Translations under genes and position numbers: made by a program
Notes under the pieces: generated by a model
The model's input: only the letters and a program-made list of their open reading frames with translations
What the model was told of the DNA's origin: nothing
The model's database searches: none
From: Octopus sinensis
Taxonomy: Eukaryota
Assembly (NCBI RefSeq): GCF_006345805.1
Contig: NC_043013.1
Coordinates: 9,796,001 to 9,860,000, forward strand
Length of the DNA: 64,000 nucleotides
Direction: 5' to 3'
Shown: positions 49,861 to 62,575 of the stretch, in pieces
How the letters are laid out: the number at the start of each line of letters is the position of its first letter
Numbering within the stretch: position 1 is the first letter of the stretch

Positions 49861-51714
49861 AAAGATCTCTCTCTCTCTCTCTCTCTCCCTATATATATAT
49901 ATACTAAAAAGTGGAAAGCTCTACTGATTGCGGAATTCAAGACTGAAAGTAGATCCAAATTTGATATAAACCTCGTTGGAACTAAGTTTCGCCTAACAGC
50001 TTATTCAACCAGTCTGATTGCATATATCGTTTGCTGAAATTTACACCATAATTCTAGCAATGAAAATCAAATATACACTTTATACCTGCTAAAATATTTT
50101 GAAATGGTTTGTATGAAGTTTTTAGCACAAGAAATAAGATATCTCCTGGCAAACACAATGACAGAAGTTTTCTTATTAACTTTGAAAGAGCAATATCTGT
50201 ATTACAAACTGTGTTTCAAAACTTCAACCTGCCTGTGTATCTATCCATTGTGCTCTCTGTATATCTATATACAACTGTTTGTTTGCTTGTTTGTGTGTGT
50301 GTGTGTGGTGTGTGTGTGTGTGTGTCTGTGTGGAACAGTCATATATATGTATGCATTTATATTTATAAATATGTATATGCCAGTGCATTTATGTATATAC
50401 TTCACACGTGACTGTGTAGATATGTATGTGTGTATGTGAGCGTGTGTTTGTGTCAGTGTGTGTATATATGCCCACACTTGTGCATATGTAAATATGGATT
50501 TGTGTGTATGTATACATATACATACATATGTTTGTTCATACATATATGATATGCATATGTATATACCTGTATACGTATACATACATGTATGTATATATAC
50601 ATATATATGCACAGACATATACAGGCGCACGCATACACACACACATAAAAGCACACACGCACTCACATATATTATTAGTGTATATATCGGTATATCTGTG
50701 AGTGTATGAACTGTATATGTTTGTGTGTGATTGCATATGTCTGTAGGCCTATGAACTTATACGCTTGTGTTTACAGAGTTTCAGAAATTTTTATTACCTT
50801 CATAAACGTTTCTTTTGGTAACCCAATACAGATACAAGCGTGGAATATGTTAGTGTGAAACGGTACCGAATTATTATTTCACGCTGCAAGTATTAATATG
50901 TATTAAAGTTTATAAAACCAAATAGTTTCATATTATTGCGTAGCTATTTTCGATTCATCTGCATGTTATATCCGTGGTAATCCTGTTAGATTATTCAATA
51001 TTACACGTGGGACCGATTATTTAGCATGACATCTGCTTAGTAACAGAAAATTTATCAATTGCTATATCTCTATCAATGAGTTAGCGTCACATCGACCATT
51101 CTCTCGAAATTTGAGTCTGATCTGTGATTTAACAGTGAAATATGGTATCATGAATGCTGTGTCTAACTGATTACCGAACATGGCTGTCTCTTATGTACCC
51201 TCTGGCTGAAACCGAATTTTACCTGTTTGTCTCCGGACAACCATTTAAAATTTTAGCCATTCCGGATTTGATTAAGCATCGTCTCCGAGGAATAATGAGC
51301 ATAATCGAAACTGGTTTTGATTTTAGTGGACATTTGCCAATGCGAGTTCTCGGAACTGGTTTGAATAATGTTCCAGTGATACCTCGTACGTGTGTTATGG
51401 TTGTTTACGCTTATATAGAACCGTATTTGTTTTTGCTTGTAAGTTCTCCCTCCCCAGCGAGGCTAAGTATACAATATAGGTTCGAATCCTTGATGGTTTA
51501 TATCAATTTATTCACTTCTTGAGCTTTTAGTTACCATTTAAGAAGCTTCCGAAACATTGTTGAAATTGCAAGAAATTACAGCAAAACTTTCCTCAAATAA
51601 CATCCAACTATCTCAAAGGAAATACCGCACGCACTCACAGCGCAATGTATTTATAAAAGTTTGGCTAGTCTCGATTAGTATACTTTTCATACTAAGTCAA
51701 TTTGCACATATATA

Positions 51715-51891
51715 GGCGTAGGAGTGGCTGTCTGGTAAGTAGCTTGCTTACCAACCACATGGTTCAGAGTTCAGTCCCACTGCGTGGCACCTTGGGCGAG
51801 TGCCTTCAACTTATCCTCGGGCTGACCAAAGCCTTGTGAGTGGATTTGGTAGACGGAAACTGAAAGAAGCTCGTCCGTATATATATGTATA

Positions 51892-51949
<58 letters not shown>

Positions 51950-52083
51950 GCATGTTGTGTTTGTGTGTCTGTGTTTATCCCCCCAGTATCGCTTGACAAC
52001 CGATGCTGGTGTGTTTACGTCCCCGTAATTTAGCGGTTCTCCAGCATGGCCATAGTCAGATATGACTGAAACAAGTAAAAGAG
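51715..52083 (+). mobile_element. SINE-C with internal deletion in the 3' half
   Basis: TTAGCGGTT joins directly to CTCCAGCATGG; TA dinucleotides on both flanks. Confidence 0.92.
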
Positions 52084-52192
52084 TATATATGATCTAAGAG
52101 TGAACTGCCCCGCGTAATTTCGCGCCGTTCGAATGCTTTTTTGCTATCATAAGCACATCAGGAAACTTAGTAGACTTTTATTTGCTTTCCTA

Positions 52193-52193
<1 letters not shown>

Positions 52194-52223
<30 letters not shown>

Positions 52224-52293
52224 CTTCTTCTTCTTCTTCTTCTTCTTCTCTTCTTTCTTCTTCTTCTTCTTCTTCTTCTTCTTCTTCTTCTTC

Positions 52294-52329
<36 letters not shown>

Positions 52330-52424
52330 TTCTTCTTCTTCTTCTTCTTCTTCTTCTTCTTCTTCTTCTTCTTCGTCGTCGTCGTCTTCTTCTTCTTCTT
52401 CTTCTTCTTCTTCTTCTTCTTCTC
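52194..52424. repeat. Compound trinucleotide array (TTC)n(ATC)n(TTC)n(GTC)n(TTC)n
   Basis: Seen directly; source of the poly-S and poly-E/D ORFs. Confidence 0.97.
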
Positions 52425-52694
52425 TCAATTCATACTTCATATAATTACATATAATGTTTCTCCTTCCCTTAAGTAATAATATTCATATCGTGTTTTAAGT
52501 GTTTTAAGGGATTAGATATCCTTCTTGTAGTTGCAGCCACCTTGTTTTCTCATTATCATAACCACTGAATTTATACAGTGACATTGTTGAGAATTAGCAG
52601 CATCTCTCTCTCCATCATCAATATCAACGTAACCACGATTTAATTTTATTATCACAATTATTATTTATCCTGTCTCTCATTGTCATTACTGATA

Positions 52695-52745
<51 letters not shown>

Positions 52746-53403
52746 ATGCTAATTGACCTAAACGTTAAAAAAATTTTTTGCCATATTTATGAGGATATTT
52801 TATCGCCATAATTCGATTTAATTACCAACCAGAGACTTTTATATAGCTTCGAATTGAGAAAATATTACCGCCTTCACTTTGATGAAATAAATAACTATTA
52901 AAAAAACAAAACAAATGAAGATCAGAGACAAATTTTAAATAATTAGACATCTTCAGAGAGGTATTCTTGGTAGGAATACAACCAGGCGTGTTAACAGAAA
53001 TCCTCGTGTTACATTCAGTGTAAACCGGCATCACTTAAAAAATTATACTGGTTACAAAACAAGATCTACGAACTCTTAAATAATTTTCAGTTTAAATATA
53101 GAGAAATAAATGGCAAATATAGACACAGAAAAACAATAATCAAAAACGTGTGTGCGGGTGCACACACACACACACGTACAAATACATGCATTTTGATATA
53201 TTTAAAATGTTAAAGTGTTATTAAGATGGCTAACTGGCAGAAATGTTAGCGGCATTTCGTCTTCACTTCCTGAGTTCAAATTCCGCCCAAGTCAAATATG
53301 CCTTTCATCCATTCGAGGTCAGTAAAATAAGCACCTTGAAATTACTGGCAAAAATTTGAAATCAATATATTTAAAGTGTTAGAAAACGGTCATAAAATCT
53401 AAT

Positions 53404-53645
53404 CTCAGACCGGGAGATGTGTGTGTTTATGAGCGAAAACACCTAAGATCCATGCGGCTCCGGTAGAAGGTAATGGCGAACCTCTGCTGACTCTTTCACC
53501 ACAACTTTCTCTCACTCTTTCCTCCTGCATCTTGCAGCTCACCTGCGACGGACCGGCGTCCCGTCCAGGTGGGGAACCTATACGCCAAGGAAACCGGGAA
53601 ACCGGCCCTTATGAGCCTATGGCTGGCTCGAGGAGGAACAAAAAA
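53404..53645 (+). mobile_element. SINE-D, 5'-truncated at the B box
   Basis: Starts at TCTCAGACCGGG and is then colinear with 36250-36494. Confidence 0.9.
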
Positions 53646-53805
53646 CAATATATAAAGTAAATAAACATCTTTTAAATTGCATTTTCAAACCTTCTTTCGT
53701 ATAAAATTCCACTCGTGCGGTACCTCACAACTCCACTTTGTTATATATATATATATATATATATAGATATATATATAATAATATATGTATAATATGTATA
53801 AATAT

Positions 53806-53842
<37 letters not shown>

Positions 53843-54039
53843 TAAGGGGAAACCGGTGCTAGTTTGTTTATGTTCCTGTAACTTTGCAATTCTGCACGAG
53901 TAACCTGTAAAATATGTAGCAGAATAAGAGAACGATATACGACAGGTAATTTGTTCGACTCGACCCTCCAAAGCAGGGTTCCACCATGAAATAAATATAA
54001 GATTTATTAATTTGTAGTTATAAACATGCACCTAATTGA

Positions 54040-54306
54040 AATTTCATTCTTGGTGCGGCTTCTGGTTCTAACTTAAATACCAGGCATGCCTTGGAATGGG
54101 TCGTAACTGGTGTTCCTAGAGTCCTAGGTCCAGTCTTTCTACTCATTAAATCTCAGAAATTCCTTGCCCAGTGTCCAGCCCCTTTTATCCAGAACTATAT
54201 AATAGATTTGTTTGCAGAATCGGTCATGGACTTTGCGCCGGCTCTAACCTCACTACAATACAAAGATTCGTTAAAAGAAGGCACTGCATTCGTTTCTGAG
54301 AACTAA
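54040..54306 (+). mobile_element. Highly decayed CR1/L2-type reverse transcriptase fragment
   Basis: WVVTGVP--RVLGPVFLLI...IIDLFAES resembles RT motifs (T/S)GVPQGSVLGPLLF and LFADD, with plausible spacing. Confidence 0.55.
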
Positions 54307-55133
54307 ACCGAAAATCTATCTGTTAGTAGCAGAATTTTCCCGAAATGTCTAATTTATAATCATAACACACTTTTCTTCAAATGGTTTTGGTTGTAGTAAT
54401 GTGTTATCGATATGATATATTTTGGAATATGCAATAAAATATTTTGAAATAATTATGGTTATCTATTTCCAACACATATCTTTGATTTGATTGTAATATT
54501 ATACTTTGAGAAGAACTCAGTGCAACTTAAAAGGAATAGCGCATTTTCCTATATTAATGGTTACTTTTTCACATAAATATGTATGAATGTATGCATGTAA
54601 ATATGTTTGTATGTGTGTGTAAATATCTATCTATGTATCTATGTATCTATCTATCTATCTATCTATATATATATATATACAAACCAATCCCAAAAGGCAT
54701 AATTTATTTTTTCTCCTAGCAGTGTCCGGATTTGAACGCAACCAGCTGGCACACATCCCAAGGAATTTTGTTCAACTATACTTTAAGAACTCTACCAATT
54801 TAGCACCACTCACACACACACACACACATGGTTGTATAATAAATGCATATTCAATTTCTGAGCTACAAATCCAATGTTATTTAGGCACTGAATATAGAAA
54901 GAAGAGAAACACTAAAAAAAAAGAAAAAAAGCATGACGTTATCTCCCATTTCCATTCCATTAGATGCCAATTATATTCAAAGAAATTCCAACCTGTTGTA
55001 CGTCTTCGATTGGACGATCTCTTGTCGTCTTCTTATCGTCTTTCTTTTTCAGATTAACCTTTAATTATTGTTGCGATGCTACTTCCCTTCCATTGATATT
55101 TTTCTTTCCTTCATTCACTTTTTAAGTTCTTTC

Positions 55134-55165
<32 letters not shown>

Positions 55166-55188
55166 ATATATATATATATATATATATC

Positions 55189-55227
<39 letters not shown>

Positions 55228-55243
55228 ATATAATATAATATAA

Positions 55244-55290
<47 letters not shown>

Positions 55291-55475
55291 ATATATATAT
55301 ATATAATATATATTATATAATATACATATATATTACTTCTTATCTTATCCTCAAACTTTAAGCTAAGCCTTCTCTATAATCTTTTCCTCCAACACAATCA
55401 CAGTCACCAACTAGGAACATTCCCACCATAATCATCAAGTAAATATTGCAGCATAAATAACAAAAACAAATGAAC

Positions 55476-55535
<60 letters not shown>
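55476..55535. repeat. (AAT)n trinucleotide array
   Basis: Seen directly. Confidence 0.97.
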
Positions 55536-55537
<2 letters not shown>

Positions 55538-56042
55538 TGTAAAGTTGTATTCATTTCGATCCTCTTCTTGATATAAAGTGGCAGGTATTCACCTTAAGCT
55601 CTTAGTTGTTAAGGCAACTCCACCTTCCACTCATACACAACTTATTGTTTGGGTAGAAATATTTTCGTGCAGATCTCCGGTTGTTGCACACTCGTGTGCA
55701 CGCACTCATACACGCACGCACCGTGCATAAGCGCACGCACACATACACACAGGTACACACACGCACACATACACACACAGATACACAGAAACTTCTGAGA
55801 AATACACACATGCGTACGTACAGACATCACATACACACATATCGGATTCTTAAATCGCTTACCAGACTTTTAGATTCTGTCTAGTTTTATGGTAATATAA
55901 TGAAGTTTTGCGTTGAACGCTTCTCCGTCTTCTAGCTTCGTACGTTCTTAGTTCTCTGGCTCTCTCTTTACTTCAGCCTGACACAATTAGCAATTTAAAT
56001 GTCAGGTAATATATAGAAGCGTAATTTTCGCAAGACAACTAC

Positions 56043-56258
56043 CAATCAACCATCTACACCGATGCGCAGACCAGCAAACTATCTCTGGACATGCAACCAG
56101 CACATAGATTTTTTTTCGAAAATAGGCACTGCGATCTAAACTTTCTTCCAGTGAAACGGTTAATTTAGAAAATTTATTGCCTATTTCTACCGAAACCACC
56201 CTCTCGATCATTTGATCAAATTTATTCTTCAATTGGTATTTTTGTAGAGATTTAACTT
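56043..56258 (-). CDS. Candidate symmetric phase-1 coding exon (216 nt; VKSLQKYQLKNKFDQMIERVVSVEIGNKFSKLTVSLEESLDRSAYFRKKIY...), product unknown
   Basis: Acceptor TC-T12-AAG| with an in-frame TAA just before it, open frame, possible donor TTG|GTAGTT. No homology recognised. Confidence 0.28.
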
Positions 56259-56512
56259 CTTAAAAAAAAAAAAGACAACTAAGAGCAAAGAACAAAACAA
56301 AACAAAAAAAAAACAAAAAAAAACATAGTCTTTGAAAACACTTAAATTTACCAAGCCTTCGAATAAATTTCTTTTTACTTCGTTCGTGCGTGTAATATCG
56401 GGATTGGAACATCTTTAAGAAAGAAACCTGATTACTATGATAAGAATCAGGCAACAAATACATACATCAGGTAAACTGAAGGTATACACGTTATATTATA
56501 TATGCATATACA

Positions 56513-56546
<34 letters not shown>

Positions 56547-56941
56547 TGCATGTATGTATGTATACATATAAGCATATACACACGTATATGCACATGTATA
56601 TATACACATATTTATGCACACACACACATACATACATAGATAAATATATGCATATACATATATATATATATATATATATACGTTCATATACATATGTATA
56701 TATATATATATATATATACACACAAACACTCCCATATATATATGTGTATATATATATATATGAATGCATGGCTACACATACACGCACAAATAACAAACGC
56801 GTTCGCACACACGCGTTTGTTTACTAAACAGGCGAAAAAGAACTCAATACGCAGAACAAGGTATAAGTTTCTTTAGTTATTTTCTGTTAGAACAGATAGA
56901 AACAGACTATGCACACACAACACACACACACACACACACAG

Positions 56942-56979
<38 letters not shown>

Positions 56980-57036
56980 ATGTGTGTGTGTGTTGTGTGG
57001 TGTGTGTGTGTATGTGTGTGTGTGTGTGTGTGTGGT

Positions 57037-57073
<37 letters not shown>

Positions 57074-57660
57074 GTGACGTATATGAGTGATCGGGGATGT
57101 GATATGTGTAAAAAGATGTGACCGTGAATTTGTTAAATGCAAAGACGGAGAACAAAGAATGAGAAAGAAAATGTTTGCATTCACACACGCATGCGCACAC
57201 ACACTCACACGCAAACACACACACGCACACACACACACGCACACACACACACACACACTCACACACAAATACAGCTTATCTTTACTTACCATTTTTTTAT
57301 AGGAACAATTCTATCTTTCTTTTTAATGGTAAGGGGGGTTTAATTAAATCGATTGTAAATCTTTAATAAATAAATTTCAAAGTGAGATTAATCTAGACTA
57401 TAATCCTTATAAAGGATAAATCAAACAGAAACAAATACTGTCCACAGATTATTGAAGATTAAGTGATATTCATGCTGTATACATGTGTGTGTGATTTTCG
57501 GTGCGAGAAGTTCATGACAGGTAGAAATTTCTGTAATTCAGAAAATCTCTTGAAAATTATATTAGTTTAGGCCTTAGTGATGTGAATAAAAATTTAATTT
57601 ATAAATCTGGTAGATCTGTGTTCAATATCACTGCACAGAACTTTTGGACAAATTTTTTCG

Positions 57661-58091
57661 GATCTTTTCGGTTTGATCCGCAGTTTTTTCTAGCGGTCTC
57701 ATATGAAATTGTCACCCATAATTATAACCCTAGTATCGATCTATCGCATTTCAATCTGTTTTATGGTTAGGGTTAGTTAGGGTTATGGTTAGGGGTGGGG
57801 AGAAGAGTATCTTTTTTTCTTCAGAAATGTAAACAAACCCAATCTGTTTCTTAAACGAGGGACATATTCATACGTCACAGAAGGTGTTTTACCTCAATAG
57901 ACGTATTTGATTGGTTGAAATTGCAGAAGTTGAAGAAAAAAAACAACAAATATCTTACAAACTATAGAATTTTCTCAATAAATCCAAGAGAAAAAGATGT
58001 TTTATAAACACATTCTACCAGTATACGAAGTTAAAAATGTTTTAGTTACCTAGAAATTATGTTAAAAACTGCCGTTCAAACCGAAAAGATC
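57661..58091 (-). mobile_element. MITE-like element with TTAGGG repeats (copy 2, inverted relative to 46847), GATC at both ends
   Basis: GATCTTTTCGGTTTG ... CAAACCGAAAAGATC; internal sequence is the reverse complement of copy 1. Confidence 0.88.
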
Positions 58092-58656
58092 TTGAGCTTC
58101 TGGTCAATTAACACATTCCTTGTTTGCGAAATTGTATATATTTTATCTCCTACATGTTTCAGTCAATGGGGTTCAGCCTTTCAACAGCCCCGCCGTAAAG
58201 GGATTAGTTGTGCAAATGAAGCCCCGGCAGTTTTTTCTTCTGTTTAAAGACTGTTACTTATTCTATCGGTAACTTTTGCCGAACCGCTACGTTATGGAGA
58301 TTGAAACAAACAACACCGGTGGTGATGACAGCTGAGCAGATTTGGGTGTTAGGGTAAATAGAAGAGAAGTAGCCAATGGATTAAAAGTACCCTCTGGTGG
58401 TGAGCCCTAGGGACAAAATTACGGAGATGTAAATCAACAAATCATGCGGTGGTTATGGGACAAACACAAACACACACACAAATACGTATGTATGTATGTA
58501 TGTATGTATGTATGTATGTATGTATGTATTTATGTATGTATGTATGTATGATGTAGTATGTATGTATGTATGTATGTATGTATATGTATTATGTATATAT
58601 ATATATATAGTATATATTATATATATATGTATATATATATATAATATATATATATA

Positions 58657-61600
58657 TTAAATCCTTAAATCCTTAAAAATGTTTAGCCCGAAGGCCGCGG
58701 CCATGCTGGGGCACCACCGCTGAATGAGCTACACTAGTTTGTGAATCCACCTCTGATACGTGGCACTTGATCAACACAGGGAGTTCGATGCTGCTGCCCG
58801 CATCCGTGTCTCCTGTCGTGAGGTAGGTTCATCTGGGACTCCCAACAAGAAGAGATCCAGTTTAGTTTTAAAGAAACCCACATCCACACCATGTAAGTCT
58901 CTCAGGCATTTAGGGAGGATGTTAAAGAGCTGTGGTCCTCTGAAACCCAAGCTGTTGCAGTATCTGGACCTGTATTTTGATGGTGATGTTGGAATCCTTG
59001 GCACCACGCAGCGGCGCCCCGTTCTGCGGTTGGAGTAACTTTGAATGCCAAAGTTTGGGACAAGACCCTCCAGGATTTTCCAGATGTATATCACTGCATT
59101 CTCTCCCGCCTCCGCTCCAGGGAGAAGAGGTTTAATACCTTCAGTCTTTCCAGTAGCTGACATTTTGCATTGAGACGATTTTCTTTGTGTAGCTTCTCTG
59201 AGTTGCTTCGAGTTCTGCTGTTTTTGTTTTATATTGTGTGGTGACAAAAGTTGGGAGCAGTAGTCCAAGCGGCTGAGGACAAATGTTTTCCATAGGACCA
59301 TCAGTGTCTCCTTCTCTCTTGTTCTGAAAGTTCGGAGAATCCATCCAGCTAGCCGTCTGCATTTTATCACCAGATTAGCAATATGCATTTGGAAAGATGC
59401 ATCATTGCTCATGTCAATGCCCAGGTCACGCACTGATTTTGACTCAGGGATTGCAATTCTTCCTGGGCCAGTGTATCCAGTCTTCACGTCATTTACCTTG
59501 TGTGCCAGTAGCGCAGGGCCTGGAACTTACCTGCATTAAACTGCATGTTGTTGTCCTCAGCCCACCTGTATATTGTGTCCAGTCATGTGCAGTGCAGATG
59601 CGCAATATTTTCAGGGTTTTGTATTGCGTGGGAGAATTTGTGTCATCTGCATAGCTAGCAAGGGTGGTCATCGTAGCAACTGAAGGCATGTCTGAAAGGG
59701 CCACTATGAACATCAGTGGCCCAAGACAGTGCCCTGTGGGACACCGCTTGTTATTTGCGTTTCCCTGGAGGTGGCTCCATTGCTCACAACTGCCTGTTTT
59801 CTGTCTTTTAGGAAGTTGTGCAGCCACTCTCCAAGTTTCCCGCCTATGCCGAGACCACGCAGTTTGTGACAGATCATACCATGGTCGACTTTATCAAAGG
59901 CTTTTGCAAAGTCAAGATATATTACATCCACATTTGAGCCATTTAGTAGCTGTTTCAACACCCAGTCATAGTGTTGCAGGAGCTGTGTTAGGCAGCCTCT
60001 ACCTGGTCGAAATCCATGCTGGGTGTCAGACAGTAAGTCATTTTCTTCAAGGAACATGATTAGTTTCTTACGGACTATTCGTTCCATGACTTTGCTGATG
60101 TGTGAGGTCAGAGAGATAGGCCTATAATTTTTAGCCATCTCTGCTACCTCCCTTATGGATAGGGCATATTACCCCCTCTTTCAGTTTGACTGGGAGCTTA
60201 CCACTTGCAAGAAAGCTCTGAAAAAGAAGCTGTAGCGGTTTTGCAAGGGCTCGTTTTCACGATTTGAGAAGGATCGCTGGGAATCCATCAGGTCCAGCAG
60301 CTGAGTTTGTGTCAATCTCATCAATGGCTAGTGTGATATCATCTTCTTCGATGTTGATGTACTCAATTTTTGTCTCTTTGGTCGCTGGTAAAGTGGCAAA
60401 GAATTCTTCTGGGTTGTTTACTTGCCTGTGTCCTAGAGGTGTAGTGAACACACTTTGGAACTGTTCATTCAGTATTTCACTTATCCTCGTGGGATTTCCT
60501 GTGAGAGAGCCATCTTTTGGAAGAGAGGTCCTATTCTCTGGTGCACTGTGGCTGTCTCTTTGGCAAACTTAAAGAAAGCTTTAGGGTTTGATTTTATATT
60601 CTATTACCCAAGCTTCTTTATCTGCTCTCTCCTTTTCATGGGACTGATGTAGACTTTTCTCAGTTTCCATTAGCACTTTTCGAGCCGAGACTTCTCACCA
60701 CTTTTGGTGTGCTTGCTCAGGCGTTTTGCAATCCTTGTCCGTCGTCTCATAAGAATCCTCCTTTTCTCTAGGGATCCTGTTTTTGTTCTTGTGTGTGCTG
60801 GCCCTGCACATTGGGACATATTTGTCACATATGGCTTGTATTATGGACATGAATGTGTTTGTGTTTCATGTTTATGTCCGGTGTGGAGAGACATTCAGCC
60901 AATCCTGTTTGAGGATCTCTTTCTCAATCGACTTCCAGTTGGCTTTATGAAAGTTTAAGTTGGAGAGATGGGGTGCTTCGTATAGGCTGTGTGTCTGCGG
61001 GGGCTTTTGTTCCATACATAGACAGCTCTATTATGTTGTGATCCGAGATCATTGTCGGCATCACATTAACATTATGGATAATATCCATATTTGTAAAGCA
61101 GAGATCAGTAATTATCTGCCTGTTGGTTGCAGAACTATTTGCTCCATGAAAGAGGTATTTGTGAGATGGAGCAGGGACTCCACCTGTGCCTGCTGATGGT
61201 GTGTCATCCCTGGGAGCATCTGCCCCCCAGGCCATTCCACATTGGGGAGGTTAAAGTCACCCATGAAGAATACACTGTTGTGCTGTTCAAGGTTGGTGAG
61301 GACTTCTCCTATTTTTGTTAGGCAGTCTTCAAACATGCCTGAGTGTTTTGGGGCGTCTGGTGGGCGATATGTAGTGCATATGACGATTTAGTTCTTGTCT
61401 TATGTGTACAATTTGAGTTTCACATACTGAGTTTGATATGACAGCAGGACCTGGGGCGTGAGGTCATCTCGGATGTACATTGCAAACTCCCCATGGCTCC
61501 TCCCTTTTCTATCTGTGCGTATGACTGCATATTGCGGCATGTGTATTTCTGCATCACCTATATCGGGTTCAAGATGCGTTTCTGTGAGTGCCATGCATAT

Positions 61601-61699
61601 AGCTTGATTGCATGTCACAAGGTCTCTCAGGAATGAAATTTTCTTTTTACAGTTTCCGCGCAGCAGCCCTCCTACATTCAGTAGAAATATTTTTTTTTT
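58657..61699 (-). mobile_element. CR1-group non-LTR retrotransposon (LINE): whole APE endonuclease + RT ORF2 with multiple frameshifts, 3' stem-loop and (TTTAAGGA)n tail
   Basis: EN: LNVGGL...ALTETHL, MGDFNLP, DLCFTN, SDHNII. RT: GPDGFP, NYRPISLTS, QHGFRPGR, YLDFAKAFDKVDH, GVPQGTVLG, YADDT (59642-59653). C-terminus RGPQLFNILP...FKTKLDLFL. (TA)n on both flanks. Confidence 0.95.
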
Positions 61700-62438
61700 A
61701 TATATATATATGCAATGCTATATTTTTTTTTATATATATATATGCAATGCTATCCGTTTCAGAATTTTGTTAACTGCAGCAACATCTACGGAGTGTTCAG
61801 CCATTTGTGCGCTTATTCATTAAGCAAGTTCCGTATTCAATGGTATAGAAGACCACGGGCATGTTAAACGCATCTCAATTTCAGCAGAGAATAAAAACAT
61901 AAACAAAAAGAAAAAAATGTTTAGTGCATTAAAACGTGATATTTAAAACACTTCAGCTGTACATTACAGAACAATACAAAAGTACCTTAGTTATAGCAGA
62001 AAACATTACCCTATATAAAGTTAGCAGTACATCTAAACAAATTGTCCAGTCAGGTTAAGTAGTAGAAAACCGACTGGATTAAATGTAGCATTTCGTAGTA
62101 AGCGTCAAGGGGCCCAAATTTGCACATAGGAGCATGGTTGGTTTTTTTTCTTTTTCTTCTTTTATTTTTCGGAAAAAGTCCTTTCATGAGTAAAATATAG
62201 TATATATTCGATATGTGGATGCCTGAAATATATGAAATAAGGTAGATCAGATTACGAAACTGAACCCTCATTGTTGAAACTGACAGTGATATACTTTGCA
62301 AAAAGATGGTAGAAGAAAATCGACGCGTCAAACAATATGTTACTGAGCCTAGTCCGTGTTCACTTCGTGTCTTATATGGTTGACAAAAGAAACAGGTAAA
62401 ATATTAAAGTTGACATCAATCCTCAACAAGCATACATA

Positions 62439-62575
62439 GCCGCAGGCATGGTTTGTGGTAAAAAGCTTGCTTCCCAACCACATGGCCCCGGGTTCAGTCC
62501 CACTGCGTGGGACTATACGCAAGATATCCGGCCCTTATGAGCCAGGCATGGCTCGAGAAGGAATTAACAAAACAA
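62439..62575 (+). mobile_element. Short chimeric SINE: C head fused to D tail
   Basis: GGGTTCAGTCCCACTGCGTGG|GACTATACGC...GGCCCTTATGAGCCAGGCATGGCTCGAGAAGGAA. Confidence 0.8.
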
